Shown here piece after piece: positions 48,850-62,158 of a stretch of DNA of 64,000 nucleotides. Location: assembly GCF_022045235.1 (NCBI RefSeq), contig NW_027266280.1:1488001-1552000 (forward strand). The letters are read 5' to 3'. The notes beneath the pieces are model-generated. The model searched no databases. It saw nothing but the letters and a program-made list of their open reading frames with translations, and was not told the DNA's origin. Within the stretch, counting starts at the first letter, position 1; each line of letters opens with the position of its first letter. This DNA is from Haliotis cracherodii (taxonomy: Eukaryota). A program made the position numbers and the translations under genes.

Positions 48850-50782
48850 ACCATATAGAAGAACCACTTTCAGATAGCACAGCAGCCGGCCCCCTTCATT
48901 GAGGGACAGAACAACGCTATAGAAGAACCACTATATAATAGCACAGTAGCCAGCCCCCTTCATTGTCGGACACAACAACGCTATAGAATAACCACCATAA
49001 ACTAGCACAGTAGCCAGCCCCCTTCGTTGTGGGACAGAACAACGCTATAGAATAACCACGACAAAATAACACAGTAGCCAGCCACCTCCATTGTCGGACA
49101 GAACAACGCTATAGAATAACCACTATACAATAGCACAGTAGCCAGTCCCCTTCGTTGTGGTTCAGAACAACGCTATAGAATAACCACTATACAATAGCAC
49201 AGTAGCCAGTCCCCTTCGTTGTGGTTCAGAACAACGCTATAGAATAACCACTATACAATAGCACAGTAGCCAGTCCCCTTCGTTGTGGTTCAGAACAACG
49301 CTATAGAATAACCACTATACAATAGCACAGTAGCCAGTCCCCTTCGTTGTGGTTCAGAACAACGCTATAGAATAACCACTATACAATAGCACAGTAGCCA
49401 GTCCCCTTCGTTGTGGTTCAGAACAACGCTATAGAATAACCACTATATAATAGCACAGTAGCCAGTCCCCTTCATTGTGGGACAGAACAACGCTATAGAA
49501 GAACCACTATACAATAGCACAGTAGCCAGTCCCCTTCGTTGTGGTTCAGAACAACGCTATAGAAGAACCACCATAAAATAGCACAGTAGCCAGCCACTTC
49601 ATTGTGTGACCCAACACGGCTATAGAAGAACCACTTTCAGATAGCACAGTCGCCAGCCCCCTTCATTGTGGGACAGAACAACGCTATAGAATAACCACTA
49701 TACAATAGCACAGTAGCCAGCCACTTCATTGTGTGACCCAACACGGCTATAGAAGAACCACTTTCAGATAGCACAGTAGCCAACCCCCATCGTTGTGGGA
49801 CAGAACAACGCTATAGAACAACCACCATAAAATAGCACAGTAGCCAGCCACTTCATTGTGTGACCCAACACGGCTATAGAAGAACCACTTTCAGATAGCA
49901 CAGTAGCCAGCTCCCTTCATTGTGTTACCGAACAACACTGTAGAATAACCACTATACAGTAGCAGAGTAGCCAGCCCCCTTCATTGTGGGACCGAACAAC
50001 ACTGTAGAACAACCACTATACAATAGCACAGTAGCCAGCCCCCTTCATTGTGTGACCCAACAAGGCTATAGAAGAACCACCATAAAATAGCACAGTAGCC
50101 AGCCACTTCATTGTGGGACAGAACAACGCCATAGAACAACCACCATAAAATAGCACAGTAGCCAGACCGTTCATTGTGTGACCCAACAAGGCTATAGAAG
50201 AACCACTATCAAATAGCACAGTAGCCAGCTCCCTTCATTGTGGGACAGAACAAAGCTATTGCCACCTTCATTGTGTGACCCAACAACGCCATAGAACAAC
50301 CGCGATAACATAGCACAGTAGCCAGCCCCCTTCATTGTTGGACAGAACAACGCCATAGAACAACCACCATAAAATAGCACTGTAGCCAGCCCCTTCATTG
50401 TTGGACAGAACAATGCTATAGAAGAACCACCATAAACTAATACAGTAGCCAGCCCCCTTCATTGTTGGACAGAACAACGCCATAGAACAACCACCATAAA
50501 ATAGCACTGTAGCCAGCCACTTCATTGTGTGACCCAACAAGGCTATAGAAGAACCAATATCAAATAGCACAGTAACCAGCTCCCTTCATTGTGGGACAGA
50601 ACAAAGCTATTGCCCCCTTCATTGTGTGACCCAACAACGCCATAGAACAACCGCGATAACATAGCACAGTAGCCAGCCCCCTTCATTGTTGGACAGAACA
50701 ACGCTATAGAATAACCACTATACAATAGCACAGTAGCCAGTCCCCTTCATTGTTGGACAGAACAATGCTATAGAGCAACCTC
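48850..50782. repeat. 64-bp minisatellite, array 2
   Basis: About 30 units, followed by the same unique flank as arrays 1 and 3. Confidence 0.95.
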
Positions 50783-52533
50783 TGGGTGGGTCAGTAGGTC
50801 AGTGTACGCGTCAGAGGTCTTCTAACATCAACACTAGGTCCGGTTTTGAAGCCTGATTCATGCAGAAGACTGACAATATTCACTTATTCGATACAGGCGA
50901 AGCTTGCATCTGACAAAGTATAATTTTCTGAAAAAGGCTGAATGCGCTCTGCAAGCAGATGGAATACAGGCCTGGTCCGTACGTGGAATCAGTCACATGT
51001 TCCTAAAAGGGCTTTGACTAAAACTGATGTACATGATTACAGATCGAGAGTTGCCTCCCTTAGCTGGCAGTATCCGCTGTTCGTTGGTTCGAATTTAGAA
51101 AAGTAGGGAAACTAATAATACCAGCACTTTTATCGATGGCTGGGCAGTGCATAGATCTTTTGGATTTGGTGACTTTAGATACTGATGGAAAGACAATCAA
51201 CTCCAGTTGCATGTTATACAATTTGGTTACACTGTGTGATGAAATAAAGACGTTGTAACACTTTTGATACAATGTATACGTTTTTGAAACAGCGACGTCA
51301 TCACAGTGCGGCACTGTGCGTATGCAGGCTGACTGACGTCCAGGCACTATGAGGGTTAAGACCGACATATTCCAGCTATATGACCGTGGTCTATAAATAA
51401 TCAAATCTGGACCAGATAATCCAGTGACTGACATCATGAGCATCGATCTACGTAACTGGGATACGATGACATGCATTAGTAAAGTCAGTGAACCTGACCA
51501 CCCGATCCCGTCAGTGGCTTCTTACGACACGAATATTTGCAAGCATGGGTTTATGAAGATGGAAAAGACATTCGCGCCAACAGGCAGGGGTAATTCACTT
51601 TCATCCGAAGGTGTACCAGTTCCAACCCGGAACTTCACGGGTATGTTCTTCCTAACATAAATAGAGATGGGGTTACTTGTATGATGGCGACTTCACATCT
51701 ATTACGCATTTAGTGATGAAATAATAAAATTTGTAAATATATAATCTATACTTAACTCACGCGAAAAAAACATGTTTATTTATATATATTTGTCATATAA
51801 CAGAAATTTCAGCACGGTTACAAACTGACCAAATTTAAGCCTTGGCTGTAACATATAGCTGTCATACTTAGCGAGACAGAACAACCGCTGCATGAACAAC
51901 CGCTGCATGAAGAACGCCGAGGCACATGTAGGTCAGCTTGGACGTTAGAGATGTGCTTACGTTAAACAGAGATCCGGGTTCGAATCCTGACTCATTCTGG
52001 CTATTGACGTTATATATATCGCAGCTGCTTGTATTCACAATAGGTTTTCTATTAGCTTGTAAGGTACATCTCGTAATTAAGTGAAAATTTATCGGTCTGA
52101 ATGGGGTATTCATGCTAAACTGAGGCATAGTATTCCAGTGGTCTAGCACTATAACATCAGCACTAGTCCGTACTGGTATAAATAATCTGGAAAGCGACGT
52201 TAACACTTTTATCTCACCTCATCTACATATAAAAATGAGGAAGTTTGAGGAAGTGTATAGACCCCCCCCACCCCCCACCCCACCCCCACCCCCCCCCCCA
52301 CCCCACCCCACCCCTATAGGGTGTACAAAGTATGTGTATATGTATATATATGGTGTACAGAGTATGTGTATGTGTTTACATAGGGTGTACAAAGTATGTG
52401 TATGTGGTTATTTAGGGTGTACAGAGTATATGTATATGTGTATATAGGGTGTGCAGAGTATTTGTATGTGTTTATATAGGGTTACAGGGTATGTGTATAT
52501 GTGTATATAGTGTGTACAGAGTATGTGTATATG

Positions 52534-52928
52534 TCAGCTTACATCACATCTAACGTCAACTAACATCACATCCACTGTCAGTTGACATCACATCTACCGT
52601 CAGTTGACATCACATCTACTTTCAGCTAACATCACATCTACTGTCAGCTAACATCACATCTACCGTCAGTTGACATCACATCCACCGTCAGCTGACATCA
52701 CATCTACCGTCAGCTGACATCACATCTACCGTCAGTTGACATCACATCTACCGTCAGTTGACATCACATCTACTGTCAGCTAACATCACATCTACTGTCA
52801 GCTAACATCACATCTACCGTCAGTTGACATCACATGCACCGTCAGCTGACATCACATCTACCGTCAGCTGACATCACATCTACCGTCAGTTGACATCACA
52901 TCTACCGTCAGCTGACATATCATCTACC
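52534..52928. repeat. 22-bp minisatellite, second array
   Basis: Same unit as 40811-42212. Confidence 0.93.
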
Positions 52929-53166
52929 CAAGCAGGAGAGAGAAAGCCTTCTGTTTCACTTTTCAGGCCAGCTGACTTATCCAAGCGAAGGACTCTTTGG
53001 CCACGTCAGCCAGCATTGCAGTAATAGTAACCGGATTTGTTGGTGTATATAAATGTATCACAAGTAACTGACAGATAGACCACTTCAATCAAACATCAAG
53101 CGTTTGCTTAACATCTGTGCAATTTCTACTAAAGTGTGCATTCTGTTTCACCAACTTTTTTCCATC

Positions 53167-53538
53167 ATGATTTATGAGCTGTGTGTTCTGATGTGCGTAG
53201 GGATCCTCTCTGCGTCCGCTCTACCTGTCAACGACACTTGGAAACACGTGGTCAGACAACGTCGTAACGCTGCCAACTGTCAACCACCTCAAGATATCAA
53301 CCAACTCTTCCAAAGTCTCAACGCCAACACCGACACCTCCATCTTTCTTCGTAACGCTCAGGGTGCCAGACCGGGGTCATATTTACACAACGAGCTGAAC
53401 ACCGACCAGGTGTTCGACAGTTCCCACCTCGGAGGCATCACCTGTCCCAGCAGCGTCAGTGACGACCCTCAGGACCCCCTGTGGTCTTCACGTATCGTAC
53501 CCAGGTGGGGAATCGAACCTAAAGTATTAGATACGTAA
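53167..53538 (+). pseudogene. IL17: IL-17 copy 5, truncated after DPLW by a junction into a SINE fragment
   Basis: ATG at 53167. Homology ends at 53484, then cttcacgtatcgtacccaggtggggaatcgaacc (antisense SINE A). The whole cystine-knot core is lost. Confidence 0.88.
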
Positions 53539-53687
53539 TGTCCTTCCATCACGAGCCAGTTGTGAGGTACTACAGTTTCTTTTGTCACTTTGAATAAATG
53601 TTGATTTCTAGACGAAAGCCTTCCTACTTCGTTCATGTTCAGTAGAAGATATGAGAGTACCCATTCATTACTCGGACTTTATGTGAT

Positions 53688-53812
53688 TGAATGATTGATA
53701 GGATTTGATTAATTGATAAGATTTGATTGATTGATAGGACTTGACTGATTGATAGAACTTGACTGATTGATAGGACTTGATTGACTGATTGATAAGACTT
53801 GATTGATAAGAC

Positions 53813-53843
<31 letters not shown>
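53688..53843. repeat. (GATT)n-derived low-complexity repeat
   Basis: Direct reading. Confidence 0.85.
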
Positions 53844-53844
<1 letters not shown>

Positions 53845-53935
53845 AATGTTTTTGATACGGGTATCACAACTGTGTTTGGACATTAAAGTTGGAATGTCTC
53901 GGCGACTGTTTACAGACGAGCAACTTTTTGTAATA

Positions 53936-54730
53936 CTTCATTGTGTGACCCAACAACGCCATAGAAGAAGCACTATCTAATTGCACAGTAGCCAGCCTGT
54001 CCACGATTTGACCCAACAACGTTATAGAGGAACTACTATCAGTAGCCAGCCACCTTCATTGTGGGACAGAGCAACGCTATAGAGGAACTACTATCAAATA
54101 GCACAGTAGCCAGCCCCCTTCATTGTGGGGCCCTACAACGCTATAGAACAACCACTATATAATAGCACAGTAGCCAGCCCCCTTCATTGTGTGACCAAAC
54201 AACACTATAGAACAACCACTATATAATAGCACAGTAGCCAGCCCCCTTCATTGTGTGACCAAACAACACTATAGAACAACCACTATATAATAGCACAGTA
54301 GCCAGCCCCCTTCATTGTTGGACAGAACAATGCTATAGAACAACCACTATATAATAGCACAGTAGCCAGCCCCCTTCATTGTGTGACCAAACAACACTAT
54401 AGAACAACCACTATATAATAGCACAGTAGCCAGCCCCCTTCATTGTTGGACAGAACAATGCTATAGAACAACCACTATATAATAGCACAGTAGCCAGCCC
54501 CCTTCATTGTTGGACAGAACAATGCTATAGAACAACCACTATACAATAGCACAGTAGCCAGCCCCCTTCATTGTGTGACCAAACAACACTATAGAACAAC
54601 CACTATATAATAGCACAGTAGCCAGCCCCCTTCATTGTTGGACAGAACGATGCTATAGAACAACCACTATATAATAGCACAGTAGCCAGTCCCCTTCATT
54701 GTTGGACAGAACGATGCTATAGAACAACCT
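53936..54730. repeat. 64-bp minisatellite, array 3
   Basis: Same family as arrays 1 and 2. Confidence 0.93.
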
Positions 54731-55706
54731 CTGGGTGGGTCAGTAGGTCAGTGTACGCGTCAGAGGTCTTCTTACATCAACACTAGGTCCGGTTTTGAAG
54801 CCTGATTCATGCAGAAGACTGACAATATTCACTTATTCGATACAGGCGAAGCTTGCATCTGACAAAGTATAATTTTCTGAAAAAGGCTGAATGCGCTCTG
54901 CAAGCTGATGGAAAACAGGCCTTGTCCGTATGTGGAATCAGTCACATGTTCCCAAAAGGGCTCTGACTAAAACTGGTCTTCATGATTACAGATCGAGAGT
55001 TGCCTCCCTTAGCTGGCAGTATCCGCTGTTCGTTGGTTCGAATCCAAGATTCGCCCAGAAATATCCTCCCTGGTCTGTCAGCACCAGACCCAGGCTCGTA
55101 CAGTACACAGTTACAACCTGCGTCACTCACACGAGAAAATCAACAACCAATCACATGATCGGCCAAAAGGCACGGATATTTGTTTCCGGGTGCTTAATTG
55201 TGAGGGCACTTCGTTATAACACTTGTCAGAAAATATCTGATGAAATGTTGTCAAATACAAAGATAGGAAAATATGGAGGATAATCCGAAACTACATCACT
55301 ATACGTACATGTACATCCTCAACAAACATAAAATATGACTACAACAATCAGCGTTATAACGAAGTACACATGTGCACTTCAAGACGAGCGTGTCAGTTTC
55401 ATTCAGAATACGGATTTCTTAACATAGTCAGCAAACACAAATGCTTATATGTACAGAGGGTTGATGTTTTTGTGACTTCGTTAATGAATATTCCCAATAC
55501 TGATCGTCATTGACAAATTCCTCCATCCGTCCACGCGTTCGTGGGTTTCTAATCAACTTTCCATGGGATTATTTGAGATGATGGTCTTGCTACAAAGTAT
55601 CTTCATGCCTGGGCAACCAAGAGGAACAATAACGGAAATACATCAGTGAGTAGCTACCTCATCCCACATGTTACGCTGAAAGTGCGACAAATGTATATTT
55701 AGCCGA

Positions 55707-55740
55707 GGGACACCCCACCGGATTTGTTAGTGTATATAAT
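55707..55740 (+). promoter_or_regulatory. kB + ETS-like + TATA core promoter of copy 6 (mirror 62919-62952 on minus for copy 7)
   Basis: GGGACACCCC-ACCGGATTT-...-TATATAAT, identical to copy 3. Confidence 0.72.
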
Positions 55741-55861
55741 GTGCCATCACTTGTTGACAGACAGACCACACTCCACCGTCAGGCAAAACATCAAACGTTT
55801 GCTGTTCACAGATCATTTCCCACTTCAGTGAAAGTTTAAGTTAAAGTACTCGATTTCCAAC

Positions 55862-56500
55862 ATGATTTATGAGCTGTGTGTTCTGATCTGCGTAGGGATC
55901 CTCTCTGCGTCCGCTCTTCCTGTCAACGACGCCTGGAAACACGTGGTCAGACAACGTCGTAACGCTGCCAACTGTCAACCACCTCAAGATATCAACCAAC
56001 TCTTCCAAAGTCTCAACGCCAACACCGACACCTCCATCTTTCTTCGTAACGCTCAGGGTGCCAGACCGGGGTCATATTTACACAGCGAGCTGAACACCGA
56101 CCAGGTGTTCGACAGTTCCCACCTCGGAGGCATCACCTGTCCCAGCAGCGTCAGTGACGACCCTCAGGACCCCCTGTGGATGAGGTCCCTCTGTCCCTGG
56201 TACTACAACGTCACCGATCTGCCCGCCGGTCACTACCCAAGTGCCATCCCCCAGGCCGTGTGTAAGTGTGACAAATGCGTTGACAATAACCAAAACCAGT
56301 GCGAGAGAGTTTCCACTCAAATCCGAGTTTTAGAAGAAACTGGCTGTGAAAATGGTTTCTTTATCTACAAGCCCAAAATCGTCACCCATTTCGTTGGGTG
56401 CACTTGTGCCAAACGCCGCACACCAAAAGTAGGTTCGAACACCGCCCCAACAGCATCAGACAGTGAAAACAGTTGTGGGGATTATGGATGTGCCCCCTAA
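55862..56500 (+). CDS. IL17: Interleukin-17 family cytokine, copy 6 (212 aa)
   Basis: Intact ORF with signal peptide and IL-17 motifs. Confidence 0.95.
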   Translation: MIYELCVLICVGILSASALPVNDAWKHVVRQRRNAANCQPPQDINQLFQSLNANTDTSIFLRNAQGARPGSYLHSELNTDQVFDSSHLGGITCPSSVSDDPQDPLWMRSLCPWYYNVTDLPAGHYPSAIPQAVCKCDKCVDNNQNQCERVSTQIRVLEETGCENGFFIYKPKIVTHFVGCTCAKRRTPKVGSNTAPTASDSENSCGDYGCAP

Positions 56501-57203
56501 ACGAGAGACTCGTAGACGATGTCGCCAATTGATGGTGTCATTTTCCAATGGACTTTTTCCAGTGAGGAAATACCGTGTTAGTCAGTGTCTGACAACTATC
56601 CCGTTTAGGTAGAAAGGTTTTCTACAAAAGCTGCATTTCCGTCCATGTATGGAATGCCTTATTTCTTCATACATCACCACGACATTAATTCAGTCCATTT
56701 CATTTATTTATTGTATGTCTTAATTTATTAGAAATGTGTGTATTTTGAATATTTACAATTATGCATTTATTGCAATGTGTTTATTGTGATATTTATTGTT
56801 TACAACGCATCAAGTTGAATGTTGAACTAATATCACCACACATTAATTAAATCCATTTCTATTTACATATTCATAAATTATTGTGTATGTTATACTTATT
56901 GTGAATGTGTGGATTTCTACAGTGATGCATTTATTGCATTATTATTATGATATTATATTGTTTTTACAACGCATCAGCTTAAAACTTGGACCGATGTCTG
57001 TATGAATGTTTGTTTATTGCTCAAACACATGTTCATTCCATTCACCCAATTTATATACGTTTAGGTTGTTATTTTTATTGTTGACATGTTGAATAAATAT
57101 TGTTTTCTAAGAGAGAGTTTTTCCTTCTCCGCCACTGTCCGGTAGAGGATCCAAGAATTCTGTTAGTATATAGGAGACTTCCATCAGCCACTAACCACAT
57201 ACA

Positions 57204-57421
57204 AATATACCATTGCCAAGTCGATGTCTTTCCAAACTGACGCCATTTTTATTTATGTGACGTCACATACTCGACGCGTCACTACAGATAGCAGTAGAGC
57301 ATCGTACATGTCAATATACCATTGCCAAGTCGATGTCTTTCCAAACTGACGCCATTTTTATTTATGTGACGTCACATTCTCGACGCGTCACTACAGATAG
57401 CAGTAGAGCATCGTACATGTC
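57204..57421. repeat. 109-bp tandem duplication containing a TGACGTCA palindrome
   Basis: Units 57204-57312 and 57313-57421. tatgtgacgtcacata at 57254-57269. Confidence 0.85.
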
Positions 57422-58078
57422 TCACAGGAAGGATGTACGGGTTGTTAATATATAAATATAATGGGTTGGTTTTTCGGCAGGATAAAGCCAACGGATAAAA
57501 ACGATATCGGTTGGGGTCATATGCAAATATCACAGAGCAAGTAGGGACTACTTTCAGTGTTGATAAACAAACATGGCGTCGCCCTTGTCATTCGGCAATC
57601 GACTCAGAATTAACCGTCGGCAATCTGGAGACACTACTGGGATAATTGCTATCATTGTCAAGGGAATAGTCTAATATACTGAATAACAGTGTCTAACTGT
57701 GACGTAGCTTAGACATTTTGTGTTTTGGCTGCTTTGGAGATATAAATTGCGAACACAATTTAACGAGGACACGAGCCAAGCGGGATCAGTCTCAATATCT
57801 GTTCTTGTAGACCTCTACGACTTAGAACCTTTTCCCAATTTAACCAAAAAGCTGGATTTGGCCGAAATATGTTCGAATTGTCTGTACATCTGACTTTGAA
57901 CATTGTAACGTTATGACAGGACAAGCAGACTCGTAACAAACGTGACGTCTCATAGACCAGGGTTAGAATATTTTCCCTTTGATAAAGGACAGTTATCCTT
58001 GCGGGCGGGCCAATGGATTGCCGCGAAAGGCAAGTAGAAACAACATATGTAGGCAATTGTTACTTTGCCTGTGTATAG

Positions 58079-58183
58079 GTTAGACCACGAGGACCCAGTG
58101 TCTAATCGTTGAAATGGTTATTTAAACCACCTGGTTTAATCAACCATTTCAACGATTAGACACTGGGGTCCGAGTGGTCTAAC
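58079..58183. mobile_element. 105-bp hairpin/MITE-like element (mirror 60476-60580)
   Basis: gttagaccac...ttaaacc-acct-ggtttaa...gtggtctaac, ~50-bp arms with a 4-nt loop. Confidence 0.75.
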
Positions 58184-58707
58184 ATATTTAAACCATATCC
58201 AACATTTATGGCACCTAAAATTCTTAAGAAACATTGTTTTGTTTAAGATATTTTGAAGATATTCAGGAACTCTATGCTCAGCTGTGAGAACACTGTGTGA
58301 GTCGGCCCTGCGTGAAGCACGTGAAATGTGTTCCCCGAGCCTTTTGCACGTGCCACTCGCACTTTGCCGATTTGGGTTATGAAATGCATGTCACGGGGCA
58401 GGTATACCATTCATTTTGGACCAACTCGAGCACATTTATCAATCAACTAAATAGTACTTGCCCATGTTGATGGGCCTATTATGAGTAAATGTAGCCCTGA
58501 TCAAGATAATAGTAAATTTTTTTCTATCTGTTCGTTTCGTTGAACGAAAAGCTACAAAATCACAAGTACTGTACAAATACTAGAATGCATAGAGTAACAT
58601 ATTGTATAAAAGTTGCATAAAACACATATCGCAATTCATAAAGGAATAAGCAATTGGTACTGATGTAAGTAAATATCTAGTTGTTAATTTCATACCCTAT
58701 CTCCCAT

Positions 58708-58779
58708 GTCGCCGTGGCAGAAGACTACATTCGTTAGCCTTCAGTGCGGACTTCTCGGGTTCGAATCCCGCTGGTGACA
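58708..58779 (+). other. tRNA-like element / pseudo-tRNA (mirror 59880-59951 minus)
   Basis: 7-bp acceptor stem GTCGCCG/TGGTGAC, T-arm CGGG-TTCGAAT-CCCG and downstream TTTTT. D and anticodon arms pair poorly. Confidence 0.45.
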
Positions 58780-59020
58780 AACGTTTTTCATAAAATTGTT
58801 CTATCATCAAGACAAAAGATAGAGGAAAAAAGAAGTTCCGTCATTGCCAAGTGGTGTTCAACTAACAATTCAGTTAGTTAAACCTCGGTCAAAGACAAAG
58901 CAGCCATTGTTCAAATATTGTTACGCCACTGTCTGAGAAACACGTTTCAGTTGGAACAATATTGACTGTTATAACTGTCCGACTAAAGAATAACCGACCT
59001 TGTGACGTACTCTATACATG

Positions 59021-59117
59021 TATTAGCGAGTCTGACCACCCGATCCCGTTAGTCGACAAGCAGGGTCGCCTTTTACATGTGTTGCTGAACACCTATTCAA
59101 ACCCGGATCTTCACGGG
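59021..59117 (-). mobile_element. SINE family B fragment at the inner palindrome junction
   Basis: agcgagtctgaccacccgatcccgttagtcg...cccggatcttcacggg. Confidence 0.8.
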
Positions 59118-62100
59118 TTGAAAACGCAGATTGTTTTATTGTGAAGTAAAACATACTCCAATGCATTTTTTCAGTGAACAGTTGAACCTTTTTTATATAA
59201 ATGTACGCGAAAGATTTCATAATATTCTATAAATAACAAGAACTACCGCAATGTTTTATAACAACAAAACTCCACCGACAAATCCATGAATTTCAATAAC
59301 TGTGAGTCATACAAGTGTCTGTTCACCCTTCAAGTAATCACACTGAGATTCTGTCAGCGGTCCGAAGACAAATGGAGAACCTCACCCAAATGTATTTTGA
59401 CATCAACAAAAGCCGATAAATACAGGTTGTCTCGCGAGTGCGTTTTGGGATGGTAAAAATCCTGTATTAGTAAAAAAACAGTGTATTTAGCGAGCCTTGG
59501 GCTAATACAGGATATTTACCATCCCAAAACACACAAGGGTGATAATGTCTTTCCTAAATTCTGTGAGCGAAAAATGTTCTCATCTCCCACAAACATTACC
59601 TAACCATTGCAAGTTTTCCTGGAATATGCGCATTAATACATGTATAGAGTACGTCACAAGGTCGGTTATTCTTTAGTCGGACAGTTATAACAGTCAATAT
59701 TGTTCCAACTGAAACGTGTTTCTCAGACAGTGGCGTAACAATATTTGAACAATGGCTGCTTTGTCTTTGACCGAGGTTTAACTAACTGAATTGTTAGTTG
59801 AACACCACTTGGCAATGACGGAACTTCTTTTTTCCTCTATCTTTTGTCTTGATGATAGAACAATTTTATGAAAAACGTTTGTCACCAGCGGGATTCGAAC
59901 CCGAGAAGTCCGCACTGAAGGCTAACGAATGTAGTCTTCTGCCACGGCGACATGGGAGATAGGGTATGAAATTAACAACTAGATATTTACTTACATCAGT
60001 ACCAATTGCTTATTCCTTTATGAATTGCGATATGTGTTTTATGCAACTTTTATACAATATGTTACTCTATGCATTCTAGTATTTGTACAGTACTTGTGAT
60101 TTTGTAGCTTTTCGTTCAACGAAACGAACAGATAGAAAAAAATTTACTATTATCTTGATCAGGGCTACATTTACTCATAATAGGCCCATCAACATGGGCA
60201 AGTACTATTTAGTTGATTGATAAATGTGCTCGAGTTGGTCCAAAATGAATGGTATACCTGCCCCGTGACATGCATTTCATAACCCAAATCGGCAAAGTGC
60301 GAGTGGCACGTGCAAAAGGCTCGGGGAACACATTTCACGTGCTTCACGCAGGGCCGACTCACACAGTGTTCTCACAGCTGAGCATAGAGTTCCTGAATAT
60401 CTTCAAAATATCTTAAACAAAACAATGTTTCTTAAGAATTTTAGGTGCCATAAATGTTGGATATGGTTTAAATATGTTAGACCACTCGGACCCCAGTGTC
60501 TAATCGTTGAAATGGTTGATTAAACCAGGTGGTTTAAATAACCATTTCAACGATTAGACACTGGGTCCTCGTGGTCTAACCTATACACAGGCAAAGTAAC
60601 AATTGCCTACATATGTTGTTTCTACTTGCCTTTCGCGGCAATCCATTGGCCCGCCCGCAAGGATAACTGTCCTTTATCAAAGGGAAAATATTCTAACCCT
60701 GGTCTATGAGACGTCACGTTTGTTACGAGTCTGCTTGTCCTGTCATAACGTTACAATGTTCAAAGTCAGATGTACAGACAATTCGAACATATTTCGGCCA
60801 AATCCAGCTTTTTGGTTAAATTGGGAAAAGGTTCTAAGTCGTAGAGGTCTACAAGAACAGATATTGAGACTGATCCCGCTTGGCTCGTGTCCTCGTTAAA
60901 TTGTGTTCGCAATTTATATCTCCAAAGCAGCCAAAACACAAAATGTCTAAGCTACGTCACAGTTAGACACTGTTATTCAGTATATTAGACTATTCCCTTG
61001 ACAATGATAGCAATTATCCCAGTAGTGTCTCCAGATTGCCGACGGTTAATTCTGAGTCGATTGCCGAATGACAAGGGCGACGCCATGTTTGTTTATCAAC
61101 ACTGAAAGTAGTCCCTACTTGCTCTGTGATATTTGCATATGACCCCAACCGATATCGTTTTTATCCGTTGGCTTTATCCTGCCGAAAAACCAACCCATTA
61201 TATTTATATATTAACAACCCGTACATCCTTCCTGTGAGACATGTACGATGCTCTACTGCTATCTGTAGTGACGCGTCGAGAATGTGACGTCACATAAATA
61301 AAAATGGCGTCAGTTTGGAAAGACATCGACTTGGCAATGGTATATTGACATGTACGATGCTCTACTGCTATCTGTAGTGACGCGTCGAGTATGTGACGTC
61401 ACATAAATAAAAATGGCGTCAGTTTGGAAAGACATCGACTTGGCAATGGTATATTTGTATGTGGTTAGTGGCTGATGGAAGTCTCCTATATACTAACAGA
61501 ATTCTTGGATCCTCTACCGGACAGTGGCGGAGAAGGAAAAACTCTCTCTTAGAAAACAATATTTATTCAACATGTCAACAATAAAAATAACAACCTAAAC
61601 GTATATAAATTGGGTGAATGGAATGAACATGTGTTTGAGCAATAAACAAACATTCATACAGACATCGGTCCAAGTTTTAAGCTGATGCGTTGTAAAAACA
61701 ATATAATATCATAATAATAATGCAATAAATGCATCACTGTAGAAATCCACACATTCACAATAAGTATAACATACACAATAATTTATGAATATGTAAATAG
61801 AAATGGATTTAATTAATGTGTGGTGATATTAGTTCAACATTCAACTTGATGCGTTGTAAACAATAAATATCACAATAAACACATTGCAATAAATGCATAA
61901 TTGTAAATATTCAAAATACACACATTTCTAATAAATTAAGACATACAATAAATAAATGAAATGGACTGAATTAATGTCGTGGTGATGTATGAAGAAATAA
62001 GGCATTCCATACATGGACGGAAATGCAGCTTTTGTAGAAAACCTTTCTACCTAAACGGGATAGTTGTCAGACACTGACTAACACGGTATTTCCTCACTGG

Positions 62101-62158
62101 AAAAAGTCCATTGGAAAATGACACCATCAATTGGCGACATCGTCTACGAGTCTCTCGT

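Noticed and set aside
57760-58056. 98-aa ORF present twice (also 60603-60899), and the 117-aa ORF pair 54930/63376
   Set aside because: Duplicated only because of the palindrome. No recognisable domain, and the 117-aa frame is not conserved in the paralogous block near 34170-34500.
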